A stretch of 64,000 nucleotides of DNA from a virus (IMGVR_UViG_3300002597_000001:1-64000), one strand, 5' to 3'; positions 20,877 to 32,728 are shown, counted from the stretch's first letter. The notes: generated by a model not told the origin, from the sequence alone. Numbers and translations: made by a program.

Positions 20877-20934
20877 TCTCATTCAGCCTATTGACAGGTG
20901 AATTTTAATCATGTTATAATCTCATCTGACCTAC
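20877..20934 (+). promoter_or_regulatory. sigmaA promoter flanked by two CTCAT-N4-CCTA boxes
   Basis: TTGACA 20891-18 bp-TATAAT 20915. Confidence 0.75.
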
Positions 20935-20962
20935 ATACAAACTGAAAGGAGAATTTCAAATC

Positions 20963-21445
20963 ATGAGTTGCTTTGTTATGGATGCGAAACCTGTTGCTGC
21001 TTTGGCCGACTATATCGCCGATCTGCTGAACCGTGGGTGGAATGCATTCCAAATGGACGCGCCGGACGAGTTAAAAAACGAATTGCAAATCTGCGTTGTT
21101 GCGGGACGCTTTGACGAAACCGAAATCTATAACATCCTATACGCTCTGAACATTGCCGCCTATCGTGGGCGGTATCTGGAGAATCATCCCGAAGTGGAAG
21201 AGGAAACCGAAACTTTCGAGGCATACAAACCTAACCGCCAACACGGATTGCTGTATGGATGCCTTGCAAATGAAGGATGGGAAGAACGGATGCTGAAACG
21301 GCTTGACTGTTTCCTGTACCAGTGTGCTGAGGACCCGGTTTATGGATGCCCTCTGTATAGGGCGCTGGATAAGCTGGCTGACATTCTGGCCGGACATATT
21401 GCAAGGTCAAAACCTGAATACAAAAATGCGGAATGGGGTGAGTGA
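20963..21445 (+). CDS. Hypothetical protein
   Basis: 160 aa, RBS GAAAGGAG. Confidence 0.75.
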   Translation: MSCFVMDAKPVAALADYIADLLNRGWNAFQMDAPDELKNELQICVVAGRFDETEIYNILYALNIAAYRGRYLENHPEVEEETETFEAYKPNRQHGLLYGCLANEGWEERMLKRLDCFLYQCAEDPVYGCPLYRALDKLADILAGHIARSKPEYKNAEWGE

Positions 21446-22280
21446 AGATGAAAATCGATTTGTGGTACAAGGGTGAAAAGATTGCCTATGCGGATTGCTG
21501 CTTCTACCCACATGACGGGGAGTATAGGGGCAACGTGTATAACGCAGATGGAATGGCAAACCGCAAACGAAGATATGAGGATAACCAGTGGAATTCTGAT
21601 CACATCTACGAAGCAATTTGGAACGTGATAGATGATTACAAAGAAGGCAAAGTCAATGAGAGAGGGGAGCGAATCGCAAAATGAAAACCATAAACGTGTT
21701 GGGCGATACCCAGAGAGAGCAGTGGCACAACGTAGTCAATATGCTTCGTCAGCTTGGCGGGGACATGACCCGCGAGGGCCGGTCTGCGCTCTGTGATGAA
21801 CTGGATCGGTACATTGATGCGGTCGAGGATGTGTTCGATGAAATGCGAAAGGAGAATACACATGAATAAGCGCAAGAGATCGGAACTCAAATCCATCATT
21901 GAAATCCTGGAGGATGCGAACTCCAGACTGGAAACCGTCAAGGACGAAGAACAGGAGGCCTTCGACAATCTGCCGGAGGGAATCCAGTACAGCGAGCGTG
22001 GCGAACAGATGGAGGAATACGTCAGCCAGATGGATGAAGCGTATGATTCCATTCAGGAAGCGATAGACACCCTAACCGAGATTGCGGAAACTTGAAAGGA
22101 GAATGCGGTATGGCATGGTTCACAGTGAAGTATCTGAAGACGATTCTGGCCGAGGAGGAAATCGAGGCCGACAGCGCGGAGGAAGCTGCGGAGCTTTGGG
22201 AATCCGAATCGTGGCGGCAGGATGATGATGACCTGTTTTTCATCGAAGACGAAGACGGAGATCAGTTCTTCTTAGACTGA
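21442..22280 (+). CDS. Four small hypothetical proteins (21442-21684, 21681-21869, 21862-22095, 22110-22280)
   Basis: Overlapping stops/starts, each with an RBS. Confidence 0.65.
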
Positions 22281-22321
22281 AAACTGAAAACCAAAACTGA
22301 ATTTGATAGGAGGAAATCACG

Positions 22322-25300
22322 ATGGAGCGAGTGATTTTTAGAACGGAGTACGACCCGTATATGAAAATGGAAAAGTATCTGGCTGTGTTCCCTGATGACC
22401 AGGCGTTTCCGGGAAGAATCGCTTATGTTCCGCTGTACTTCACGGGGCACGGCACAACATTTGAGTGCTATGACGAAATGGACTTGGATTACTACTACAG
22501 TGAAACCAAGATCGTACACAAGAACGACGAAATCGTAACGCGGCTTTTGAATTCGCTCCGAGACTTTTATGGGGATGAATTCCGGGCTGTGGAAAAGAGA
22601 TAATCAAATACGGATTTGAAAGGGGAAATCAATATGGGACGGATGACCATTCTGGAACGGGAATGCGAATGGCTACGCAAAAGAGCGTATCTAATTTGTT
22701 ACTCCAATGCCGACTGCAAAAAGGTGGACAAAATCATTGATGAAATTGCCGCCGGGAAGATCAACAAATCGAACTTGTATGACGAAATCAGGAAGATGAC
22801 ACGGCGAGTTACAAGCGACCATTCGATTAAGAGATGGCAGGTAATTGCTGAATGGTTCGACAGAGAACCGTGGATGATATGAAACGCCCATTTGGAAAGG
22901 AGATTCCTATGTACATGGATCGTGAAACCTATAACGAAATCATCGACATCATAGACGATGTCTTGAAGGCGGAGCACGAACGAGCTAACAGATTCATTGA
23001 ACTGAATCCGGCGTGGAAGGTGACTAGGCAACACGACGTGGATGTGTTCTATAATGCGGTGAGTGAGGTCGCAGACGAAATCAACAGGCGATTTCGCGTT
23101 GAATGAAACTTTAATTTGGAAAGGAGAATTCAAATCATGATCAACACGGATCTCTATAACAAAATCATCCGCAATGGAGGGACCTACGACACGAAGAAGT
23201 ACCGTTACAGAATTGATGACCGGGGCAGAGTGCTTCGGTGTAGGCTGGATTACCTAGACAGCCTGATGCCACTCCACTATGAGAGATGGCAACCGCACGA
23301 CAAAAAATATATGGATCTGTTTTGAAAGGAGAATTGAAAATGGATTACGGGTATATATTCCAAACAATTTGTGAGAACTTACCGCATGAACCTCAAGAGG
23401 GCAGAATTTGGACCCCCGACGAAGAAGAAATCCTTTGTCCAAATAAGGAGGCGGCGTATGCTATTTGTGATTTCCTTGGCGCGATGGCAGGGGAACCACA
23501 GATAGCAACGTGTGGGTATTACGATCCAGAGTATGATGCCAAACACGGACAAACAGACAGTCGAACCGGATTTTGGTATGTGAGTATGTGGTAAATGAAA
23601 CTTGGATTTGAACAACAAGGAGGAATTTGATTGGGTATTTTTATTAAAGGTCTGGAACTTCCCAAGAATGAGGATGGAACATTTGCCCATCTGCATGGCG
23701 ATATTCAAATTGCCTATGTTATGACGGTGTTTGCATATGATGATGGGCGTATTGAAGTACAACCTTGGAACTCTTCGCAATCAGAATATCGTTTTAAGGA
23801 GACATATCACGCCTTCGAGGTTAGCGATGTAACCAAACTTTAATTTGGAAAGGAAGTTGAGATATGAAAATCATCATTGACACACGTCCAGACGCGGACG
23901 GGAAATTCGTTTATGAAATTCGTAATGCTCGTGGAGGCATTGAGATTATGGGGCAGGGACGAACGATTGGGGAGGCCGCTAAAGAAGCAATAGTGGATTA
24001 CTATGATTGCTTCGCAGACGAGTTTGACACACCACTCAACCCATGTATGTACTAATAATACAAATCTGATTTTGGAGGTTCGACATATGGAAAAACACAA
24101 ATGGATTACAGGATTTCCTAAGATGTACCTGTTTGATATAAGCGCAGATGGAGGCAAAACATGGACGGCTCAGTGGCTTACCGAAGAGGAGGCCGACGAA
24201 CACCGGCGTGAACATGGATACATTCTGGAAGAACACGATGTGAAAAGGTTTCTTCTGACTATGGACGATATGTAAATAAAATGCGAATTTGGAAAGGAGT
24301 GTTGCAAAATGGTGGTGATGAAATTGGCGATGATCATTCTGTGCCTGTATGTTATCTTTAAGTGAAATCCAAACCCAACATCCAATACATATGGAAAGGA
24401 AAATGTAAAATGAAATTCTATCTGACTGACCTGAACAAGTACGTCGAGATCACGTGCCGCCCGTGGATTCCCGGCAGTGGTTACGGGCCGGATTGCTTCA
24501 GTGATCTGGAAGATAATCTTACGATTGACTACACGAAAGAGGAGGGCGGCGACGCCTGGATTATGCCAGCCGAGGACTATATGGAGATCGCCGAGTGGTG
24601 GGCAGAGGAAGTTCGCTGCATGAATGCCCATATTCAGGGTGAGATCTGCGACTACAGCGAATGCGACCCAAATGCGAACGAACTAATCCTGGATTACGAC
24701 CGTGTCTAAAATCCCTTTTATGGGACATTACATATGAGAGAATTTAAACGCAAAAGGATTTCAAAATACCAAAAACTGTGATATACTGAAACAAAAAGTG
24801 AAAGGAGAATTATTATGAATCGTTATAGCTACGAGGAACTGAGAAACGCCGCAAAGTCCGGCAAGAAAGCCGATATTAATGCGCTAGGCGAGTGGTTTTC
24901 CACTTATGGAACTGAATATTGGAATGGTGAATATTACGATGCGGACGGCATGGAGGTTTGGCCTGTCTACAAAGAAGTGAATGAAGATGAATTTGAGCTG
25001 GCCGGATACAGTCTGGATCGTCCTGAAGTGTGAGTGAACCATTAACAAGATTGAAGGGAGAATTATCATGGAGAATGCTTATTGGACGCTGGAAAGCTGG
25101 GGCGTAGATTACCCGCCCGAAAACGCCAACGAAATTATCGACGCCGCGAATGAGATGATTGATAAGTTTATGGCCGACAACCCAGACGCAGATGAACTTG
25201 AACTTGCAAACTACAGTGATACACTTTGGGATTATTACTGCACAAATAATAAACTGCCAGGATGACATGACACCGGAAGTCCAAAACTAAAATCGCCGCC

Positions 25301-25840
25301 CGGGTGGGGCGGCGTTCCAATATCAAATTTGAAAGGAGATTATATATGCATCTGATATTCGGTCTGCTATTACTGCTGTTTGCCGCTGTCTGTGCCAGCC
25401 TAGACAGCTTCACAAAGTGGAAGAAATCTGATAATTATCAGAAATCAAAGCGCCCCTGCGGTGCCGCCACGGAGTATATGATCGCTTGGGAATTGTATAA
25501 AAAGTACCGCGACCTCACGGAAAAGCCGGACTTCAGAGAGCGTGTTTTGTCTGAGCTGAATTCCTGGCCTGATGTGCGATCTAAAATCTCAAATCAGTAT
25601 TACCGGGACCCCGAACTCCTGATGGATTCCGTGATCACAGCCGCAGCCCGTCTGCGGACAGCCCAGCAGGGGAAAGCACCTGTCTGCCTGACCCATGGAA
25701 CATCGGCTGCATTCCCGATTCCAGACGGAAATGACTGGGCCGTGCAAGTTGGGCAGAACCCCATGACTTATATTTCTAGGCTCGGATTTGAACAGAGCCG
25801 CTATGATGAATATTTGGACATGGAAAGAAGATCTCAATAA
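22322..25840 (+). CDS. Array of small accessory genes (22322-22603, 22634-22882, 22879-23106, 23137-23325, 23340-23594, 23631-23843, 23864-24055, 24087-24275, 24410-24709, 24815-25033, 25068-25265, 25346-25840)
   Basis: Most have an AGGAG-type RBS; many are separated by AAA-N6-TTTG sites. Confidence 0.7.
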
Positions 25841-25883
25841 GGCCGACCGCCTAACTCTGGCGGTTTGCTTAATAAGAAATAAA

Positions 25884-25926
25884 TATCATCCGACCTATTG
25901 ACAGATTTTGAAATCCGTGTTATATT
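25884..25926 (+). promoter_or_regulatory. sigmaA promoter with upstream TCAT-N4-CCTAT box
   Basis: TTGACA 25898-17-TATATT; would drive the 26004 gene and the recombinase. Confidence 0.7.
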
Positions 25927-26003
25927 GCTGATAGAAAATCTAATCGAACCTACAAACGGAATCGCAAAACAAAAATGCATAATCCAAAGGAGGGCTTTTA
26001 CAT

Positions 26004-26351
26004 ATGAAAAACATTATCGTCCAGCAAACCTATTATACAATCCCCGAGCTTTACCGCATTGCCTCCGGTTCCAAAGCCCGCCGTGGTTTGGCCGGGTACA
26101 TGATCAAAACCGGCAGGGCGGATAACACTGTATTTGGCGGAGCCATGTATCTCCTATGCGGTCTGGAATCATTGGAGAAGAATGAACTCTACAATCTGGA
26201 CCGCCGGGAGAACGCCAAAACCAATAAGGAAATCATGTCTCTGGCAGAAACCGCTCTGGCTGGCGGTTTTCATGTGGACTTTGAGATCCCAGAGAGGGAA
26301 TGCAGACGGATGATTCAGACGCTTGACAAGCTTCCGCCACTGGAAGGCTGA
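26004..26351 (+). CDS. Hypothetical protein
   Basis: 115 aa, RBS AAGGAGG. Confidence 0.7.
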   Translation: MKNIIVQQTYYTIPELYRIASGSKARRGLAGYMIKTGRADNTVFGGAMYLLCGLESLEKNELYNLDRRENAKTNKEIMSLAETALAGGFHVDFEIPERECRRMIQTLDKLPPLEG

Positions 26352-26364
26352 AAGGAGAATTACT

Positions 26365-27303
26365 ATGACCAATGTCCTGTATCCCGATTTCAATTCCAAT
26401 TTCAAAATCAAAAACAGCGCCATGCAGGAACCCAATTTCAAAATCGTTTCCACCAAAATGGACGTAGAGCCGCTGGAATGGAAATCTCAGAAAGCTACCC
26501 CAATCAAGAGCAAGGACGACATTGCCATGGTCAGCAATTATCTGCTGGATCGCGGCCTCCGCGGAGACGAAAAGGCCATACGCAACAACCTGATGTTTGT
26601 GTGTGGGATCAACTTTGGCCTTCGATGCTCCGACCTGACCCAGCTTCGCTTCGGACACCTGCTTCGCCCGGACGGCAGCGTAAAGGATGCGATTTGGATC
26701 CGGGAGATCAAAACCGAGCGTAAGCGCGGGGCGAATGCAAAAACGGTTTTGGAGAGCGGCGAGATCAAATACAAGCTGAAGGACCCGAGGAAGGTGTTCG
26801 TCACGGATTCTGTCCGTCAGGCCCTGATGCTCTACTGTGCCGGGAGGGAAATCGATCTGAACGACTTCCTGTTTCCGGGACAAAAAGATGGAAAGCCATT
26901 GAGCTATGACGCGGTGTACGACATTTTTACAAAGCTATTAAGTTGGAATCGGAAAAAGAAAAAGCCCGGTGTCCTGGCGTCCAAACTCTCCCGCCCTGTG
27001 CATGCCAGCACCCATATGCTCCGCAAGACTTTCGCCTATCACTTCATTATGAGTGCCCCGGAACGAAATCGGGCGGTCGAATATCTTCAGATCTGCATGG
27101 GCCACTCCAGTCAGCTTACCACCCTGCGCTATGCCGGTATCACGGATGATGAGATTCAAGACGTGGTTCTGAATATGAATCTTGGCGGCGAAGCCATGGA
27201 TGTTCATACCTCGGAGATCCTTTCCGGCAAAAATGAAATCAACGAGGACGACGTGGTCTATCTGGAAGTGTTCGCGGATGACGATGACGAAGATGCTTGC
27301 TGA
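26365..27303 (+). CDS. Tyrosine recombinase (catalytically complete, short N-terminus)
   Basis: Arg in NFGLRCSDL, Lys in EIKT, HxxR in THMLRKTF, His and Tyr in MGHSSQLTTLRY. Confidence 0.92.
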   Translation: MTNVLYPDFNSNFKIKNSAMQEPNFKIVSTKMDVEPLEWKSQKATPIKSKDDIAMVSNYLLDRGLRGDEKAIRNNLMFVCGINFGLRCSDLTQLRFGHLLRPDGSVKDAIWIREIKTERKRGANAKTVLESGEIKYKLKDPRKVFVTDSVRQALMLYCAGREIDLNDFLFPGQKDGKPLSYDAVYDIFTKLLSWNRKKKKPGVLASKLSRPVHASTHMLRKTFAYHFIMSAPERNRAVEYLQICMGHSSQLTTLRYAGITDDEIQDVVLNMNLGGEAMDVHTSEILSGKNEINEDDVVYLEVFADDDDEDAC

Positions 27304-29394
27304 GGAGGTGCTTTGTGGTATTAACAAAAAACTTATGGGCATATCAGTCACCGTGGAAACTGTATGCCGAATTCAAATTCGGTTCTGGGTTTTACTTCTA
27401 CGGAGATTCCGAATCGGAATGTCTGCATGAAGCAGTGCTAATGCAGGACTTCCATGGTGACATCACCGCCCTCATATGGATCACGGACGATTACTATACC
27501 GACGGCCAGCACATTGTTCGGAAGAGGAGAGATGAAACATGAGTTCGGTCAAGATTATTACTTCAAAAAGACAGACAGATTTTGAGTACCGGGTTTCCCG
27601 GTTTCTCAATTCTGTTTTGGAATCATATGGCAAGATTCGCTCTATCCATTACAGCGCTGGGTGGAATGGGGCCGAAGGTATTTACACTGCGATGATCATT
27701 TATGAAGAGGAGGACCTCCATGGTGAATAAAACGAAAATCAAAAACCCGGACGATGCAGTTTGCGTTCTTGCTTTGGACCCACACACCCGCCTAAGTGTG
27801 ACATCTACGAGCTGCGACCGTAAGGATGCCGCTCATTACGCCAAGTACTACAGTTCCATTGGTTACCGCGTCAAAACTCTGGAGTACGGTGAGGAACTGG
27901 GCGCCTATCTGGAACGGGAATCCCGTGTCCGGCAAATGGAAATTCGAAATCTGAATTTGGCTATGGCGGAAGGAGGAATTTGACATGGCAAAACGCACAC
28001 TGCATGAATGGGGAACCGTAGATGGGAAGGACTGGGAGCTGTACAGGGAACGCGGACACTACTTTTTGTATGTGAACGGTGAGTTTTATTGCACATGTGA
28101 ATCGATTAGAGAGTTTAAAGAGGAACTGATCGGTCTGTCCGACTGCTAATTTGAAAGGAGATTATTTTATATGATTATTGAAAAAGATACTAAGATGCTG
28201 ATCCACAGCACCACTCGCGGCAAGTTCTATGCCAAAGCCCGCCGCACATTCTCTCTGGATGATGATATGTATCCTGTCATCATCACTGATCCGCTGGAAT
28301 CTCACGCTGTGAGGAATCAGGAGGCGGATCTCCGTGCCGAGATGTCCAAAATCGAATTGCTGGAGATGGAATTGGAAACAGATCCAGAATCCGAGCCTGT
28401 CGTGGACTGCGATGTGGTGACACAGCCCATGGCTGTGGAAATTGAACCGGAAGAGGAGATGCGTCCGTTCGTGGGAATCAAAATGGATTCCGGTAAATAA
28501 AATAGTTCTTTTATGGAGGTGTTGATTACTTGTCGGAAACATATGTACATTACGGCAGTCAAAAATATGACCCTGAGATATTCCAGCCAATACGCAACAT
28601 CAATTCATTCAGTAAACCTCATGGTGGCTTGTGGGCATCCAGAGATAACGCTGAGTATGGTTGGCGCGACTGGTGCAAAGACAATGATTACGGAACGATT
28701 GTAGAAGAGAATTCATTTCGGTTCATTGTTTCTGATACAGCCAATATCCTGTATCTAAAAACAGAAAACGACTTGCTTAACCTTCCATTGCAAAGAGATT
28801 CAAGACCGGCTTACCAGTGGTATTTTCCCGACTTTGAAAAGCTACTGGCCGATGGTATAGACGCTGTGGAGGTTATAGATATAGATCAACTTTATTACCC
28901 TTTATACGGATGGGACTGTGAAAGTATCGTGGTAATGAACCCGGATATTATAATCCCGTTGGAAAAATGAAGTTACTCTTTGATAGGGGAGATTTATTAT
29001 GAGTTCTATTCTTTTTAGGCCGACGTGTGAAAAGTGTGGGACTGTGATTTGGGATCACATTGACTGCAAGACATTTTCAGAAACGGTGGATCGTTTCAGC
29101 ACCCGTCATTATTGTATTGAGCCATATCAATGCATGGAATGTGGCGCAATTTTCGACAATGTTGTAATGCCAACGCGATTGCCTTTTGATAATTCCCGTC
29201 ACAATAACTTTTGGGAGGAAGTGTAAATGATACTCAAAATTATCGCAGCAATTGTAATTGCTTTGCAAATATGGGTCATGGGGCTTTTTGTAATCGGGTA
29301 TTCCAAGGATGACAATATCGCAGCCGCGTCTGCATACATTGTTGCTATTTGTGTCGTTGCTGTTCTGGGCGGCTACGCGATAATTGCGATGTAA
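27297..29394 (+). CDS. Small accessory genes (27297-27542, 27539-27730, 27720-27983, 28171-28500, 28530-28970, 28999-29226, and others)
   Basis: Co-oriented ORFs with RBSs. Confidence 0.6.
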
Positions 29395-29423
29395 ATGAAA
29401 TAAAACAGGACTTTGGCAAAAGA

Positions 29424-29446
29424 AATCCCTCCCCAAACGGGGAGGG
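29424..29446. terminator. Hairpin between convergent genes
   Basis: TCCCTCCCC-AAAC-GGGGAGGGA. Confidence 0.6.
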
Positions 29447-29454
29447 AGAGTCAT

Positions 29455-29772
29455 CTAAGAAGCCCACGCGAGCGACTCATTCTTTATGATGACCCAACTG
29501 AAATCATCCGCAAACACAACATTCGGGTCATCATCATTGTCGGCCTCTGCTTCTCTGGACTGCCGATCCTTGTGATCGCAATAGGCGTGGTCATAAACGA
29601 AATGACGAAGCTCGTGCCGTATGGCCTTCTCCTGTAAATGGAAATCGTATAGCGTATTGATGTAAATATCAGCTGTGCAGTCTATATTCCAGAAAATTGC
29701 TCCGGCTACGCCCATGTGCGGGAAATCGAGCATATTGATATAGTAGTCTACTCCAAGATAATACTTTTTCAA
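29455..29772 (-). CDS. ImmA/IrrE-like Zn metallopeptidase (anti-repressor)
   Basis: IYIN...IRHELRH (HExxH), E.EA; directly downstream of an XRE repressor. Confidence 0.75.
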   Translation of the reverse strand: MKKYYLGVDYYINMLDFPHMGVAGAIFWNIDCTADIYINTLYDFHLQEKAIRHELRHFVYDHAYCDHKDRQSREAEADNDDDPNVVFADDFSWVIIKNESLAWAS

Positions 29773-30137
29773 TGTCCATTTCTCCTTTGCTGCTCACGGA
29801 GAAAGTCCATCACCTCCATCAAATCATCATTTGAGATGTCGCGATTTGTGATGGACAGATGTACACCGCCAACCGTGATGGAATCCAGGATTTCATCAGG
29901 ATCCACGGTGGCAACTTCAGGCGAATCGGTATTCCCCAGCAAATAATCTACCGACACACCAAAATGAGAAGCCAACCTTTCAAGGTTTTCTCCGCGAGGA
30001 ACTGCAACACCGTTTGCCCAGCGGCCAACAACAGCATCGCTGATTCCCAGGTTTCTTGCAAGACGATACTTTGTCAAGCTTTCTTTTCGCATCAGTTCTT
30101 GAAGCCTTTCGTAAAATTGCATAATTTTCACTCCCAA
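29769..30137 (-). CDS. XRE-family HTH repressor (ImmR-like)
   Basis: LARNLGIS...RW.NG...P....L..LA..FGVSVDYLLG. Confidence 0.9.
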   Translation of the reverse strand: MGVKIMQFYERLQELMRKESLTKYRLARNLGISDAVVGRWANGVAVPRGENLERLASHFGVSVDYLLGNTDSPEVATVDPDEILDSITVGGVHLSITNRDISNDDLMEVMDFLREQQRRNGH

Positions 30138-30167
30138 ATTTGTGCATCTCCTCTAGTGCTGTAGGGC

Positions 30168-30196
30168 TTGACTACTAACTGAAAAGATGCTATTAT
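30168..30196 (+). promoter_or_regulatory. sigmaA promoter divergent from the repressor
   Basis: TTGACT-17-TATTAT. Confidence 0.6.
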
Positions 30197-30417
30197 ACTT
30201 TTGCGACGGTAGCAACATAAAAGACGGTAACATCTAATCGTAGGTTAGCATATTGGAGCGAGAATGTCAAGAACTTTTTGCAAGAGAATAATAACTATTT
30301 TAATGTACCATTACATGGACACAAATAGGAAAATCATTCCTGCACAGGAAAGTATTTTGCATGGAAAATATTCTTTCAGAATATTAAAATGTAACTATAT
30401 GGGAGGTATTACAGAAA

Positions 30418-30792
30418 ATGTTTCGAGTGATCATCGCTGGCGGGAGAGACTTCGACAACTACGATCTTCTAAAACGCAAAATGGATCACCTGTTATCAGA
30501 AACTGTGGAGCCGATTCAGGTTGTCTGCGGACAGGCCCGAGGGGCAGACAGTCTTGGACAACTCTACGCCAAAGAGCGTGGCTACGAAGTCCGTTATTAC
30601 CCAGCAAATTGGGATTATTATGGAAAGAAGGCTGGAATGCTGCGTAATGAACAGATGGCGCAGAATGCAGATGCCTTAGTTGCGTTTTGGGATGGCAAGA
30701 GTCGCGGCACGAAGAACATGATTGAGAATGCTGAGAAGTACAATCTTAAAATCCGCGTCATCAAATACGAAAGGAGGGCGATGCCATGTTAA
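30418..30792 (+). CDS. SLOG/YspA-like (DUF2493) protein
   Basis: IIAGGRDF, GQARGAD, AG.LRN..M, AFWDGKSRGT. Confidence 0.85.
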   Translation: MFRVIIAGGRDFDNYDLLKRKMDHLLSETVEPIQVVCGQARGADSLGQLYAKERGYEVRYYPANWDYYGKKAGMLRNEQMAQNADALVAFWDGKSRGTKNMIENAEKYNLKIRVIKYERRAMPC

Positions 30793-30967
30793 GTTCAGAA
30801 TACATGCATGGGTTTCGAGCTGCCATGGATGTTGTACTTGAATACTTCGAAGGGAGGAATACGCAGCAGGAATTCTGTGATAAGTACGGTTTGAAACCAA
30901 AGTGGGGCGATTCCGTTATGGAGGAGATTCGCGACCATGCCTTAGCGGTAGCGGAGATACACTTTGC

Positions 30968-32273
30968 AGAGTCCGCGAAGTGAAGAAATGCCGCCGCACT
31001 CTCGTGACTTCAGTCATGAGTTAGGCGGCGAGGAGGTGAGAATATAAATAAGGCATTCAAATATCGAATCTATCCAAATCGAGAACAGGAAATCCTTATT
31101 CAGAAAACATTCGGATGCGTACGGTTTGTATACAATCACTTTTTAGCAGAGCGGATTCAATTATATGAGAAAACGAAAACGGGAACGACATTCTTTAAAC
31201 AGAACAAATCTCTTACTGATCTCAAGAAAGAATATGAGTGGCTTCAAGAGCCAGATAAGAATGCCCTCCAATGTGCGTTGCGAGATCTGAACCAAGCCTA
31301 TCAGAACTTCTTCCGCAGAGTGAAGCAAGGTGGCCCACCTGGGTTCCCGAGGTTCAAGAGCAAGAAGCATAGTAAGAAGTCTTATTCGACTGCTAATAAT
31401 AACGGCGATGGTATCAGGTTTGACGGCAACCGAATTCGATTGCCGAAATTGGGATTCGTCAAAGCAAAAATCAGCAGAACGATTCCAGACGGATACAGAA
31501 TTATTTCTGCGACGATCAGCCAAGAGCCGAGCGGGAAATATTATGCCTCGCTTCTGACCGAGTTTGAGTATGATCTGCCTGAGATTGAGTTGAATCCAGA
31601 CACCGCGCTTGGTTTAGACTACAGTTCACCGCATTTCTATGTGGATAGCAACGGAGTGATTGCCGATATGCCACACTTCTACCGGATTGCGGAGCAGAAG
31701 CTGGCAAGAGAACAGAGAAAGTTGTCTAAGATGGTCAAGGGTAGCAACAACTGGTACAAGCAAAAACGAAAAGTGGCTGTAGCGTATGAGAAAATTCGTA
31801 ATCAGCGGAAGGATTGGCAACACAAGTTGAGTACCAAACTAGCAGATGAACACGACATTATCTGTTTAGAAGATATCAATTTGCAAAACATGGCGCAGGG
31901 ATTACACCTTGCCAAAGCTACAAATGATAATGGATTCGGTCAGTTCCGAGAATTCCTCAAGTATAAGATGGCATGGCGTGGGAAGATGGTGGTCACGATA
32001 GACAAGTGGTTTCCATCCTCTAAGACCTGTCGTTACTGCGGATATGTGAATTCGGAATTGACTTTGGGAAATCGCGTTTGGACCTGTCCGAGTTGCGGAA
32101 ACGAAATTAACAGAGATCTGAACGCCGCAATCAATATAAGAGAGGCAGGATTAAATCTTGTATATGTATAACGAAACCAAGAACCGTGGGGACCACGGGG
32201 ATAGCCTGTCTGATACTTCGCGGGTTTCCGCGATTGAGCAGGAATCCCGTGACTTTAGTCATGGAAGGTTCAA
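30968..32273 (+). mobile_element. IS200/IS605-family TnpB-only element (IS1341-like)
   Basis: Similar subterminal hairpins at both ends (CGTGACTTCAGTCATG / CGTGACTTTAGTCATG); right end ...GGTTCAA; no tnpA. Confidence 0.85.
31044..32171 (+). CDS. tnpB: RNA-guided endonuclease TnpB
   Basis: N-terminal KAFKYRIYPN from an ATA start after GGAGGTG. RuvC LGLD, LEDI and RDLNAA; Zn ribbon CxxC...CxxC. Confidence 0.93.
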   Translation: MNKAFKYRIYPNREQEILIQKTFGCVRFVYNHFLAERIQLYEKTKTGTTFFKQNKSLTDLKKEYEWLQEPDKNALQCALRDLNQAYQNFFRRVKQGGPPGFPRFKSKKHSKKSYSTANNNGDGIRFDGNRIRLPKLGFVKAKISRTIPDGYRIISATISQEPSGKYYASLLTEFEYDLPEIELNPDTALGLDYSSPHFYVDSNGVIADMPHFYRIAEQKLAREQRKLSKMVKGSNNWYKQKRKVAVAYEKIRNQRKDWQHKLSTKLADEHDIICLEDINLQNMAQGLHLAKATNDNGFGQFREFLKYKMAWRGKMVVTIDKWFPSSKTCRYCGYVNSELTLGNRVWTCPSCGNEINRDLNAAINIREAGLNLVYV

Positions 32274-32521
32274 TGTACGTGTGGAGTTGAGTGATTTGGA
32301 TTTGGAAAATGCGTGGCTGTTGGACGAGAATCTGGCTACGGTTCCGATGGATTCCGGTTTCGAACTGCTTGTTGGGCGTGTGGCACCGAGTGGAATGCTT
32401 GTAGATAAAGAGCGAGAATACCTTGTGGAGGAGGGATTGTTAAATTGGGAGGACATCGAAGATGAGGTCATGTTGGACACCACTCTGCACAACCACATCT
32501 TTGCATACTTGGAGGGACACT

Positions 32522-32728
32522 ATGGGGAATAAACAGCTTTCTTTGGCGCGGGATATCATGTATCACAATCTGATTTCCATGTTCCCCGACGTCACGGTGA
32601 TCAGCGACCACTTGCAGGATGAGGCATACCTCGGAACGTGGGATTCTGAGGATGCCCAGCTGATCCTGTACACGTTTTGCGATCACATTTTCGATCACGG
32701 AGCAGACATCATGATCACGCCTGTTTAA
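32522..32728 (+). CDS. Hypothetical protein
   Basis: RBS GGAGG; overlaps the upstream stop. Confidence 0.55.
   Translation: MGNKQLSLARDIMYHNLISMFPDVTVISDHLQDEAYLGTWDSEDAQLILYTFCDHIFDHGADIMITPV

Larger units (their letters stand above)
30786..32532 (+). pseudogene. Hypothetical gene (~146 aa) split by the IS605-family element
   Basis: Joining 30786-30967 to 32274-32532 gives an uninterrupted 441-nt ORF (...EIHFA|VRVELSDL...). Confidence 0.6.

Noticed and set aside
30968-32273. IStron (group I intron-IS hybrid)
   Set aside because: Only ~75 nt precede tnpB and there are no intron core motifs.
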